NCBI GenBank assembly: GCA_040386535.1 | Contig: JAZKFH010000030.1 | Coordinates: 34,816-98,815 of the forward strand | Reading direction: 5' to 3' | Length of the DNA stretch: 64,000 bases | Origin: Myxococcota bacterium | GTDB taxonomy: Bacteria > Myxococcota_A > UBA796 > SXON01 | Shown here: positions 1 through 9,262 of the stretch, piece after piece | Position numbering within the stretch: position 1 is the first letter of the stretch | Layout: every line of letters begins with the position of its first letter | Translations under genes and position numbers: made by a program | Notes under the pieces: generated by a model | What the model saw: only the letters and a program-made list of their open reading frames with translations | What the model was told of the DNA's origin: nothing | Database searches by the model: none

Positions 1-306
1 GGGCGATCGCACCGAGCGTGTGCGCGGGCGATCGCACCGAGCGTGTGCGCGGGCGATCGCACCGAGCGTGTGCGCGGGCGGTCGCACCGAGCGTGCCCAG
101 GCGATCGCACCGACGTGCGCGGGCGTTCGCACCGAGCGTGCGCGGGCGTTCGCACCGAGCGTGCGCGGGCGTTCGCACCGAGTGTGCGCGGGCGATCGCA
201 CCGATCGTGCCCAGGCGATCGCACCGACGTGCGCGGGCGGTCGCACCGAGCGTGCGCGGGCGATCGCACCAGCCGGCGCGGGAATCCGATCGCACCGAGC
301 GTGCCC
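1..306. repeat. Tandem array of about 13 imperfect 22-25 bp units, consensus GGGCGATCGCACCGAGCGTG(TG)CGC; runs off the left edge
   Basis: Units at 1-25, 26-50 and 51-75 are identical; later units are 22-23 bp variants (last one 27 bp) sharing the core TCGCACC; no unique spacers. Confidence 0.95.
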
Positions 307-460
307 GTGGGGGAGCCGCCAAAGGCCGCGCCCGACCCCGCCCCCGCGCGAAGGACGCGCAGGGCGGCGCCCCCGGCGCCGGCTCGGCGGCCGCTCGGGG
401 CCGCCAGCCGAGGGCGCAGCCCGAGCCCGGAGCGGCCTGCCCGCGTCCGCGCGGCGCGCC

Positions 461-490
461 CCGCCGCCCCCCGCCGCCCCCCGCCGCCCC
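461..490. repeat. 3 x 10 bp CCGCCGCCCC tandem repeat
   Basis: Directly visible, just beyond the stop codon of the 501..2045 gene. Confidence 0.85.
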
Positions 491-500
491 CGGAGGAGAC

Positions 501-2045
501 TCAGTCCTCGCAGTCCGCCTCGATGTCGTACCAGGCCTGGACCTGCACGCCGGGCTCGGGGATCGAGCGGGGGTCGAACTTGATGGCGTTCCAGGTCGCG
601 TCGTAGGTCCAGCCGGTGGTGGAGAGCACCCCGTCGACCTTGACCACGAGCGTGGCGGGATCGGGCTCGGAGGAGAGCACGAACGTGTCGGTCTGGCCGA
701 GCGCGGAGAGCGACGCGATGGTCTCGAAGTAGCTCGACCAGTCCTCGTTGCAGATGGACAGGAACGCGCCGCCCGTGGCGAGGCTCGCCTCGACGTAGCC
801 GGTGCCCGGATCCGCGGTGGCGCAGCCCGCCGGGATGTCGCCCACGATCGACGTGATGCCGATGGAGGGCGCGTAGCCGCGCATGCGCCCGACGTACACG
901 TCCCAGTTCTGCCGGGACTGCTCGATCTCGTCCGACACCATCACCGCGGTGGTCTTGGCGTCGGTACGCAAGAAACCCTCGTTGCAGCCGCCGGGCTCGG
1001 TGTTCTCGAGCGCCTGGGTCACGAGCGAGAGGCCCGCCTCGGTCCACCGGCCGTAAGGGCCGTCCACCGCGCGGGAGAAGACGCCCGAGGCGTCGGCCGT
1101 GTCGGCGTCGATGATGCTCTCGTTGTGGCAGCCGGTCTCATCCGTGACGACCATGATCTGCCAGTCCAGGTCGAGCTCCTCGAGGATGCCGACGAACCGC
1201 GTGAAGTTGGCGCGGAGGCGCTCCTGGTCGTCCAGCATGGAGCCGGACTGGTCGACGTAGAAGACGATGTCGGTCTGTGTCCACGGGCCGTTGCCCTGCC
1301 ACCACTCGTCGGCGACCGACGAGTCGAGCGTGCCGCTCCCGCGCTGGCGGGCGACGGTGAGGCCCACGATCGCGTCGCTCGTGATCCACACCTCGCCCTC
1401 GTCCGCCACGAGATCGTTCGGGTAGTAGGTGAGGGGCACCTCGAGCTGCTCGCCCGCGTGCAGGAGCAGGGGCAGCTCGAACTCCCAGGTGGCGCCGAAG
1501 TCGGCGCCGAGGGGCACGATGGTGTCGATGGTGAGGTCGACCTCGCCCACGTTCTGCACGTACATCGAGCCGCTCTGCGAGCAGCCGAGCGGCACCTCGC
1601 CGAAGTCGAGCGGGTTCGGCAGCACGATCAGCTCGCCGACGAGCGCGCCGCCGGTGAGGGGCACGCCGACGGTCGGCGCCTCCGGATCGTCGGAGAGGAT
1701 CTCGAGGTTGCCGGCGTCCTCGGGGTTGACCGGGCTGAACGCCACGTCGAACTGCATCTCCGTGCCGGGCTCGAGCACCACGTCCGGCTCGACCGGGAGG
1801 GTGAACGCGCTGGTGCCCGAGATCTGGGCGCCCACCACCGTGAGCGGCGCGAGGCCGATGTTGCGCACCGTGAGGGTCGACGCGCTGCTGTCGCCGAGGG
1901 CGAGGGACTCGAAGTCCAACGCGGTGGGGAACACCTCGATCGTGGGCTTGTCGTCCTCGGGCTTGCCGCCGCCGGGCGGCACGAAGCCATTTTCGATGCA
2001 CGCCGCGAGGTTCACGGGGAGAAGGAGCAACGACACCAACCGCAT
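501..2045 (-). CDS. Lipoprotein with two choice-of-anchor D/Ig-like (ASH/HYDIN-type) domains and a C-terminal vWA-like domain
   Basis: Start MRLVSLLLLPVNLAAC (lipobox); repeated LDF...TVRNIG / LDFGEV...VQNVG motifs; DIVFYVDQSGSM MIDAS-like motif. Confidence 0.75.
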   Translation of the reverse strand: MRLVSLLLLPVNLAACIENGFVPPGGGKPEDDKPTIEVFPTALDFESLALGDSSASTLTVRNIGLAPLTVVGAQISGTSAFTLPVEPDVVLEPGTEMQFDVAFSPVNPEDAGNLEILSDDPEAPTVGVPLTGGALVGELIVLPNPLDFGEVPLGCSQSGSMYVQNVGEVDLTIDTIVPLGADFGATWEFELPLLLHAGEQLEVPLTYYPNDLVADEGEVWITSDAIVGLTVARQRGSGTLDSSVADEWWQGNGPWTQTDIVFYVDQSGSMLDDQERLRANFTRFVGILEELDLDWQIMVVTDETGCHNESIIDADTADASGVFSRAVDGPYGRWTEAGLSLVTQALENTEPGGCNEGFLRTDAKTTAVMVSDEIEQSRQNWDVYVGRMRGYAPSIGITSIVGDIPAGCATADPGTGYVEASLATGGAFLSICNEDWSSYFETIASLSALGQTDTFVLSSEPDPATLVVKVDGVLSTTGWTYDATWNAIKFDPRSIPEPGVQVQAWYDIEADCED

Positions 2046-2178
2046 CCGGCACCGGGGACGGAGCAGCGTACCTGGGAGATCGCCGCCCTGCCAACCCTGA
2101 CCGGGATGTCCCGGTCGGGGCCCATCCTGGCGATGGCTCCCGTTTCTGTGGCATTCTCGTGTCGGAGCGACGTCGCCC

Positions 2179-4437
2179 ATGCGGTTCCTGCCCTTCCTGC
2201 TCCTGTCGCCGTGGCTCGCCGCCTGTGATCCGGTGAAGATCGAGCCGGATGAAGAGACGGGCCCCGTCGACGCGGATGGCGACGGCGTGGCGTCCGACCG
2301 GGACTGCAACGACAACGACGCCGACGTGTTCCCCGGCGCGGCCGAGGTGTGTGACGGTCACGACGACGACTGCGACGGCGAGGTAGACGAGGGCGTGATC
2401 GAGACGTTCTGGGTCGACGCCGACGCGGACGGCTACGGCGCCGGGCTGAACACGGTCCTCGCGTGCGAAGCGCCGGCCGGCCAGGTGGCGAACGGCGATG
2501 ACTGTGACGACGCAAACGGCGCGGTGCACCCGGGCGTGGTGGAGGCGTGCGACGGCGTCGACGAGAACTGCGACGGCGTGGGGGACGCGGAGTACGTCGC
2601 CTGGTACGCGGACGCGGATGGGGACGGCTACGGCGACGCGACCCGCGGGGTGGAGACCTGTACGCCCGACGCGGGCTTCGTGATTGACGCGACCGACTGC
2701 GACGACGCCGACGCGGCGGTCAACCCCGGCGCCGAGGAGGTCTGCGACCGCGACGACGACAACTGCGACGGGCGGGCGGACCTGGGCGAGTCCAACGTCT
2801 GGCACACCGACACGGACGGCGACGGCTACGGCCACATCTACAACTTCGAGACCACCTGCGATCCCGATCCCAGCTGGGTCCTCGACGGGAACGACTGCCG
2901 CCCGGGTGACGCCGAGGCCTTCCCCGGCGCGGCCGAGCGCTGCAACGACGACGACGACGACTGCGACATGCTCGTCGACGAGGACTTCGAGCTCGACGCC
3001 GACGGTCACGTGAGCACGGCCTGCGGCGGCGACGATTGTGACGACACCAACGCCGAGAGCTACCCCGGCGCGCTCGAGGTGTGTGACGACGGGATGGACA
3101 ACGACTGCGACGGGATCGACGTCCGGTGCGGCTACGGCGGCACCGAGGATCTCGCCTCGGCCGACGCCAAGATCTACTCGGACGAAGCCAACTACGACGC
3201 GGGCCGCGTGGTCGACGTGGGCGACATCGACGCCGACGGGTTCGACGATCTCGTCGTCGCGACGCGGTATGCCGACAGCTACAGCGGCGGCGCCTACGTG
3301 CTCTACGGCCCGATCCGCGGCGAGATGTCCCTGGCCGATGCCGGCTACCGGATCGCCGGCTCCCGCGCCACCTACTCGGCCGGCCGATCGATCGGCGTGG
3401 GCGACGTGAACGGGGACGGCTTCGACGACGTGGCCGTCGGCGCGCCCGACGGCACCGACAAGGAGTGGATCATGTTCGGCCCGATCACGGGCAATGTGGA
3501 CCTGCTCGACGCCGAGATCCTCTACGAGGGCATCGTCAACACCGAGGCGGGCCACGGCTCCGATCTCGCCGACGTGAACGGGGACGGCGTGGCGGACGCG
3601 GTCATCGGCGCCTACGAGGAGGCCACGGGCGGGTATGCGGCCGGGAGCGTGTTCATCGACTACGGCCCGATCACCGCGGGCACGTACGACCTGGCGGACG
3701 ACACGGACGCCCAGCTCGTCGGCGAGATCGCCAGCGCCTACGCCGGCCGGTACGTCCGCGCGGGCGAGGACGTGGACGGCGACGGTCTCGGTGACATCCT
3801 CGCGGCGGCTCCCTACGCCAACAGCGCCGGTCCCTACTCGGGCGCCGCCTACATCGTCTACGGCGGGGTGACCGGCGAGCTCGACCTCGCCGAAGCCGAC
3901 GGCACGCTCCACGGCGAGGGGCCCGGGGACTACGCCGGGGAGGAGCTTGCCCTCGGCGATGTCGACGGCGACGGCCTCGCCGACGTGATCATCGGCTCGT
4001 ACAACGCGTACGGCGGCACCTACGCGGGCGCGGCCTACGTGGTGAAGGGCCCGGCGTCGGGCGTGACGGAGCTCGGCAGCGCCGACGTGATCCTCCGCGG
4101 CGAGCGCGCCGGGCAGTACGTCGGCCTCGGGCTGGCCGTGTCCGACCTCGACGAGGACGGCATGGGCGACCTGCTCGTGGCCGCCACGGCCGACAGCACG
4201 TCCGGCTCCGCCTCGGGCAGCGTCTACCTGTTCTACGGGGCGCTCTCCGGCACCCTGACGCTCGGGGACGCCGGCGCGCTCTACTACGGCGAGGCCGCGT
4301 CGGACGATGTCGGCCAGGGCCTGGTCATCGGGGACTTCGACGGCGACGGCACCGGCGACCTCGCCATCGGCGCGCCCGGCGAGCGCACGGGCGGATCCGC
4401 GGCGGGCGCCGTGTACGTCAAGTACCCCAACGAGTGA
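2179..4437 (+). CDS. Surface lipoprotein with MopE-like metal-binding repeats and FG-GAP (integrin-alpha-like) repeats
   Basis: LAAC lipobox; repeated DCDD...PGAxExCDGxDxxCDG; GDxxxDGxxD..VGAP..G.VY repeats. Confidence 0.85.
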   Translation: MRFLPFLLLSPWLAACDPVKIEPDEETGPVDADGDGVASDRDCNDNDADVFPGAAEVCDGHDDDCDGEVDEGVIETFWVDADADGYGAGLNTVLACEAPAGQVANGDDCDDANGAVHPGVVEACDGVDENCDGVGDAEYVAWYADADGDGYGDATRGVETCTPDAGFVIDATDCDDADAAVNPGAEEVCDRDDDNCDGRADLGESNVWHTDTDGDGYGHIYNFETTCDPDPSWVLDGNDCRPGDAEAFPGAAERCNDDDDDCDMLVDEDFELDADGHVSTACGGDDCDDTNAESYPGALEVCDDGMDNDCDGIDVRCGYGGTEDLASADAKIYSDEANYDAGRVVDVGDIDADGFDDLVVATRYADSYSGGAYVLYGPIRGEMSLADAGYRIAGSRATYSAGRSIGVGDVNGDGFDDVAVGAPDGTDKEWIMFGPITGNVDLLDAEILYEGIVNTEAGHGSDLADVNGDGVADAVIGAYEEATGGYAAGSVFIDYGPITAGTYDLADDTDAQLVGEIASAYAGRYVRAGEDVDGDGLGDILAAAPYANSAGPYSGAAYIVYGGVTGELDLAEADGTLHGEGPGDYAGEELALGDVDGDGLADVIIGSYNAYGGTYAGAAYVVKGPASGVTELGSADVILRGERAGQYVGLGLAVSDLDEDGMGDLLVAATADSTSGSASGSVYLFYGALSGTLTLGDAGALYYGEAASDDVGQGLVIGDFDGDGTGDLAIGAPGERTGGSAAGAVYVKYPNE

Positions 4438-4465
4438 CCACTCCCGCTGCTACCGTGAGGGGACC

Positions 4466-6574
4466 ATGCGCCGCCATCTGATCCTCCTGGTCCCTCTCCT
4501 CGCGCTCGCGTCCCTGGCCGGTTGCGACGGTGAGAAGCCCGACACCGATCCGCCCGGGGTCGACCCCGACCCGGTGGACGAGCCGGCGTGCAGCGAGGCG
4601 GAGGCCCTGCTCGGCTACCGCGCGTGTGTGCCGCGGATCCCCGACGAGGACACGTTCAACGGCGTCACGATCTCGGCGGGCAGCGTCGACCAGCTGCGGG
4701 TCGGCAAGTACCTCGTGCCCGCGCGTGACGACGCGCGCGTGCCGCCCGTGTTCCTGGACGTGAACGCGTTCACGCTCCACTACGAGTTCCTCGTCGCGGC
4801 GTTTCCTGACGCCTTCTCGGGCCTCACGACGGGCGAGTACCAGGACCTGGTGCTCCACCCGGAGTCGCGCGAGTTCTACGCCGGCACCTACTCGCTGTAC
4901 CTCGAAGGGGAGGGGTTCTACTACGGCTTCACCGTGTGGGACGACCCGACGGATCCGACCAGCACGGTGACCGTCGAGCAGGTGACCGAGGCGTGGGTGG
5001 CCCTGCAGGAGCGGTTCGCCATCGGGCCGCTCGCGTGGGTGCCGAACTCGAGCGCGCAGCAGGAGGCGGCGCTCGACTGGGACGCCCCGTTCGACATCAA
5101 GAACCCCGCGCAGATCGACTACGAGGCGTACAACCCCGGCGAGGGCTACGGCTACCTGCGGCTCTACACGCTGGAGGAGTTCGCCGAGGCCACCGAGGCC
5201 TCCGCGTTCGGCTACCAGGACTTCGTCGTCATCGACGAGGCGCCCGAGGACATCGAGCGCGTCGTGAGCGGGATCGTGACCGGCACGCGCCAGGGCGCGC
5301 TCTCCCACCTCAACGTGCGGAGCGCCGCCCGCGGCACCCCCAATTGTTACATCCGCGAGCCGATCGACGAGCTCCTCGCCTGGAAGGACCAGCTCGTGCG
5401 CTTCGAGTGCGGCGACTCCACCTTCGAGGTAGCCGCCGCGACCCCCGCCGAGGCCGAGCTCTGGTGGGCGGACATCCGCCCCGATCCCGTCGCCATCTGC
5501 TCGCCGAACTTCGACGAGGAGTCGATGCCCAATCTCCTCGAGCTCCCCACGGACTCGGCGGAGCAACGCGACGCGAACATCTGCGCGTACGGCGCCAAGG
5601 GATCCAACCTCGCGACCCTCTACCAGCGGATCGATCCCGCCTACCAGCTCGACGGGTTCGTCATCCCGTTCGTCTGGTACGACGACTTCGTGAACAGGGG
5701 AACCTGGAGCGTGGACCTCGGCGGGGGGGAGGGAATGTACACGTTCCAGGAGACGATCACCGCCTGGCACGCCGACCCCCTCTTCCTCACCGACGCCACG
5801 GTCCGCCGCGACCGCCTCGCCGCGCTGCGGAACGCCATGGAAGACGCCCCGGTGAACGAGGGGCTCATCACCGAGCTCTCGGCCCGCATCCTCGACACGT
5901 TCGGGGACGACACCACGATGGTGCGCTTCCGCAGCTCGTCCAACGCCGAGGACGGCCTCGACTTCAGCGGCGCGGGCCTCTACAACTCCGACAGCGCCTG
6001 CCTCGCCGACGAGCTGGACGCCGACACCGTCGGCCCCAGCCGCTGCGATCCCGACAAGGAGGACGAGGAGACCCTGACCGACTCGCTCCAGGAGGTCTGG
6101 GCCTCCGCCTGGAACCTCGCGGCGTGGGAGGAGCGCGACTGGTACGGCATCGACCACGAGCGCGTAGCCATGGGCATCCTGTGCGACACGCGCTCGGCCG
6201 ACGAGCTCGCCAACATCGTGGCGTTCGCCGGCAACCCCACCAGCGAGGGCGACGATCGTTACCTCGTGAACGCCCAGCTGGGCGAGCTCGAGGTGGTGTC
6301 CGCCGAGTCGGGCGTGTACCCCGAGAAGACGCTGCTCACGATCGAGGACGGCGTCGTGTCGCGCGTGGAGCGGATCTCCGAGAGCTCGGAGGCCGAGATC
6401 GTCCTGACCGACGCGGAGCTCGCCGAGCTCGGCGAGGTGCTCTGGGACATCGCCCAGCTGTACCCGAACGACGACATCGTGCCCGACGGCCACACCCTCA
6501 TCTGGGACACCGAGTGGAAGATCCGCTCGGACGGCCAGCTCATCATCAAACAGATCCGCCCGTTCCTGCGCTGA
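4466..6574 (+). CDS. Lipoprotein with phospho-His swivel motif and C-terminal PEP/pyruvate-binding (PPDK_N, ATP-grasp) domain; putative dikinase
   Basis: LAGC lipobox; GIVTGTRQGALSHLNVRSAARGTP; GAKGSNLA; RFRSSSNAEDGLDFSGAGLYNS; DTEWK...QIRP. Confidence 0.8.
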   Translation: MRRHLILLVPLLALASLAGCDGEKPDTDPPGVDPDPVDEPACSEAEALLGYRACVPRIPDEDTFNGVTISAGSVDQLRVGKYLVPARDDARVPPVFLDVNAFTLHYEFLVAAFPDAFSGLTTGEYQDLVLHPESREFYAGTYSLYLEGEGFYYGFTVWDDPTDPTSTVTVEQVTEAWVALQERFAIGPLAWVPNSSAQQEAALDWDAPFDIKNPAQIDYEAYNPGEGYGYLRLYTLEEFAEATEASAFGYQDFVVIDEAPEDIERVVSGIVTGTRQGALSHLNVRSAARGTPNCYIREPIDELLAWKDQLVRFECGDSTFEVAAATPAEAELWWADIRPDPVAICSPNFDEESMPNLLELPTDSAEQRDANICAYGAKGSNLATLYQRIDPAYQLDGFVIPFVWYDDFVNRGTWSVDLGGGEGMYTFQETITAWHADPLFLTDATVRRDRLAALRNAMEDAPVNEGLITELSARILDTFGDDTTMVRFRSSSNAEDGLDFSGAGLYNSDSACLADELDADTVGPSRCDPDKEDEETLTDSLQEVWASAWNLAAWEERDWYGIDHERVAMGILCDTRSADELANIVAFAGNPTSEGDDRYLVNAQLGELEVVSAESGVYPEKTLLTIEDGVVSRVERISESSEAEIVLTDAELAELGEVLWDIAQLYPNDDIVPDGHTLIWDTEWKIRSDGQLIIKQIRPFLR

Positions 6575-6586
6575 TCCGGAGTCCTC

Positions 6587-7648
6587 TTGCGCCCGCTGCT
6601 CCTGCTTCCGCCCCTCCTGGCGCTCCCGCTCGCCGCGTGCCCCTCCGGGTCCGACAAGGAGACCGGCGTCGAACCGGCCGACACCGACACCGACACCGAC
6701 ACCGATGCGGACACGGACACCGACACGGACACCGACGTCGACCAGACCTGGGCGCATTGCCCCGAACCCGGCACCTTCGTCGGGGACGCCGCCTGGCTGG
6801 CCTCGGTCGAGGTGACCAGCGGCGCCGAGTATTGCAGCGTCGCGAACGAGGAGCGCACGCTCGAGCAGGAGGTCGCCGCGAAGGCGATGCTCAAGATCGT
6901 CGGTGGCGCCTACCCGATGCCGCACCTCGAAGGCGTCTACGACCTCGCGGTCCCCGTGTGCACCCGCTTTGCCGACGCGACCACCCAGCCCGACATGGCG
7001 GGGACCGGCAGCACCGAGGCCTCGCCCAACACGTTCGGCTCCACCACGTACACCTACGTCACGGGCACCCAGCCGATGGCGACCGCGGGGGGCGCCGCCT
7101 TCACGCTCGCCCACACGCTCGTGTTCGTGGGCCCGGCCGGCGAGGTCCCCGCGCCCCTGGCGCTCGACGGGGCCGCCGGAGATCCGAGCACCGGCGCCGG
7201 CTCCTCGTTCGTGCTCTACGAGGACGGCACCTCCGCCTACGACGTCACCGCGAGAACGTTCGTGCCGTGCGGCGAGCCCGACTGGGTGCGCAACCTGCAC
7301 ACGGTCACGTTCGAGGGCGGCGAGGTCGCGCTGGACCTTTACCTGGGCGGCGACATCGTCCTCACCGCGCCGAGCGACTTCGCGCGCGCCAGCGGCACCC
7401 TCGACGGCGTGGCGTTCGACGTGACCGACTACTTCCGCCTGTTCTACCGGCCCGACCACCACCACTTCGGCCGCCACTTCGCCATCCTCTTCGACACGCC
7501 CATCGGCGACGTGTGCGCGCTCCGCGTCGAGTACATCGATGGCCAGGAGGGCACCACGACCGCGTCGGTGAGCACGGCGGCGTGTGATCTCTCCGTGACC
7601 GGCACGCGCACGGTTACGGGCGAGGGCTGGGTGTTGGGAGGGGAGTGA
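6587..7648 (+). CDS. Hypothetical lipoprotein with (DT)n linker
   Basis: TTG start, LAAC lipobox, DTDTDT run, GC-rich third codon positions. Confidence 0.75.
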   Translation: MRPLLLLPPLLALPLAACPSGSDKETGVEPADTDTDTDTDADTDTDTDTDVDQTWAHCPEPGTFVGDAAWLASVEVTSGAEYCSVANEERTLEQEVAAKAMLKIVGGAYPMPHLEGVYDLAVPVCTRFADATTQPDMAGTGSTEASPNTFGSTTYTYVTGTQPMATAGGAAFTLAHTLVFVGPAGEVPAPLALDGAAGDPSTGAGSSFVLYEDGTSAYDVTARTFVPCGEPDWVRNLHTVTFEGGEVALDLYLGGDIVLTAPSDFARASGTLDGVAFDVTDYFRLFYRPDHHHFGRHFAILFDTPIGDVCALRVEYIDGQEGTTTASVSTAACDLSVTGTRTVTGEGWVLGGE

Positions 7649-8085
7649 CCGTTCCGAAGCGGCGTCGATTCGAGGGCCTCGGCCCCTGGCTGGGCATCGG
7701 CGCCGCCGTCGGCGCGGTGGTGGCCGCGTCCCTCGTGTCCCCGCTGCCCGGCAACCCCGACCAGCTCTCGCTCTTCGGCCTGCCGTTCGGGCGGATGTGT
7801 TCGTTCGAGGCGATGACCGGGCTGCCCTGCGCGACGTGCGGGAGCACGCGGGCGTGGGTGTGGGCGATGCGCGGCGAGATCGGGCTGGCGCTCCGCTACA
7901 ACGCGGCGGGCGTGGGGCTCCTCGCGGCGGTCGTCGGCAACGGCCTCGTCCAGATCTGGCGCCTCCTCGGGGGCCGCCTGCCGCGGCGCGCGTGGATCGG
8001 CGCGGTCGTGGGCGGCATCGCGTGGGGCGTGGTCTGGCTCGGCGGGTGGGCGGCGCGGCTGGCCGGGGGGTACCCGTTTCCGTAG
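7645..8085 (+). CDS. DUF2752-like membrane protein
   Basis: C...TGLPCATCGSTRA...ALRYN motif; hydrophobic helices; GTGA overlap with upstream gene. Confidence 0.75.
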   Translation: MTVPKRRRFEGLGPWLGIGAAVGAVVAASLVSPLPGNPDQLSLFGLPFGRMCSFEAMTGLPCATCGSTRAWVWAMRGEIGLALRYNAAGVGLLAAVVGNGLVQIWRLLGGRLPRRAWIGAVVGGIAWGVVWLGGWAARLAGGYPFP

Positions 8086-9260
8086 CCGCCACCGACTCCC
8101 GTACCGACGCTGAGGCCGACGGCGCGCGGCTCGCGGAGTGGATCCGGAGCCTGGGCGGCTTTGTCGGCGCGCTCCAAGCCCGACGCCCGGCTGAGAGCCT
8201 GACCGTAAGTCCCTCCCGTCGCCCGCTGGGCGCCTCCGGCGCCGGCCGCGCTCCGGCCTCGGTTACAGGCCTCGGGCCTGCGCCCTCGGCCGGAACGCGG
8301 CCGCCATCCGGATGCGCCTCAGCGGGCTCGGTCCGGGACTTACGGTCAGGCTCTGGGGCCGTGCGCGGACTCTACGCGGGCGCCGACATCGCCGCGGGGG
8401 ACGTGCTGCTCGAGGTCCCGCGCCGCGGTCTCCTGCTCCCAGCGGACGCCGCGGCGATCGCGGACGACGTGCGCGTCATCGCCGGCGGGATGGCCGACCA
8501 CGTGCTCCTCGCGCTCCTCCTGCTGCGCACCGCCGTCGATCCCGCATGGCGCCCCCTCCACGACATGCTCCCCACCGTGCTCCCCGGGCACCCCCTGTTC
8601 TGGGACGCCGCCGATCTCGCCTGGCTCGACGGCACCTCCCTCCGCCGTCTCGTCGAGGACCGGCGCGCGGTGCTCGGCGAGGAGCTTCGAGCGCTGCGCA
8701 GGGGCGGCCTCGTGCCAACGTCGCTCACGGACGACGACTGGTTGCGCGTGCGCACGTTGGTGAGCTCGCGGGCCTTCGAGCTGGACGGCGAGCTCCCCGC
8801 GCCCCCTGGGAGCGGCCTCGCGCTCGTGCCCTTCGCGGACCTGATGAACCACGCCCCGATCTCCCAGGTGACGTGGGGCCTGGAGCGCGATCGCTTCGTG
8901 CTGCGCGCGCGGGTCCCGATCGCGGCCGGGCAGGAGGTGTGCGACGACTACGGCCCCAAGGGCAACGGCCGCCTTCTGCTCCACTACGGCTTCACGCTGC
9001 CGGAGAACCCCCACGCCGAGTGTGTCGTGTACCCGTGGGTGTACGGGCCGCTCCGCGTGCGGTTGGGGCACGACGAGGACCGCGAGGGGGTGCGGGCGGC
9101 GCTGCGGGAGGCGCCGGAGGGTTTGGCGGAGATCGCGGCGGCCGCGTGCGCGCGGTTGCGCGGCGACGAGGAGGGGCTGCTCACGGAGAACCAGCGCAAC
9201 GCGCGCCGGGTGCACGCGGACGAGCGGCGGGTGTGGGGGTGGTTGGTGGGGGGAGGGTAG
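8046..9260 (+). CDS. SET-domain (Rubisco-LSMT/SETD-like) methyltransferase containing an in-frame 54-aa MITE-derived insertion; start uncertain
   Basis: RGLYAGADIAAGDVLLEVP, LVPFADLMNH, EVCDDYG, LLLHYGF motifs; nearest plausible in-frame start is GTG 8046. Confidence 0.75.
   Translation: MGGAAGRGVPVSVAATDSRTDAEADGARLAEWIRSLGGFVGALQARRPAESLTVSPSRRPLGASGAGRAPASVTGLGPAPSAGTRPPSGCASAGSVRDLRSGSGAVRGLYAGADIAAGDVLLEVPRRGLLLPADAAAIADDVRVIAGGMADHVLLALLLLRTAVDPAWRPLHDMLPTVLPGHPLFWDAADLAWLDGTSLRRLVEDRRAVLGEELRALRRGGLVPTSLTDDDWLRVRTLVSSRAFELDGELPAPPGSGLALVPFADLMNHAPISQVTWGLERDRFVLRARVPIAAGQEVCDDYGPKGNGRLLLHYGFTLPENPHAECVVYPWVYGPLRVRLGHDEDREGVRAALREAPEGLAEIAAAACARLRGDEEGLLTENQRNARRVHADERRVWGWLVGGG
8194..8354. 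mobile_element. MITE / palindromic repeat element with perfect 20-bp terminal inverted repeats
   Basis: AGAGCCTGACCGTAAGTCCC (8194-8213) is the exact reverse complement of GGGACTTACGGTCAGGCTCT (8335-8354); nested internal inverted repeats. Confidence 0.85.
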
Positions 9261-9262
9261 GC

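Noticed and set aside
1..306. CRISPR array
   Set aside because: Units are contiguous with no unique spacers, and there are no cas genes in the window.
18..2228. Long + strand ORFs (18..2228, 20..583, 43..606) and other long overlapping ORFs such as 1138..3912, 4418..8092, 10386..13493, 13090..15861 and 48329..50830
   Set aside because: Shadow or antisense frames typical of high-GC DNA: Arg/Gly/Pro-rich, without motifs, and overlapping well-supported genes.
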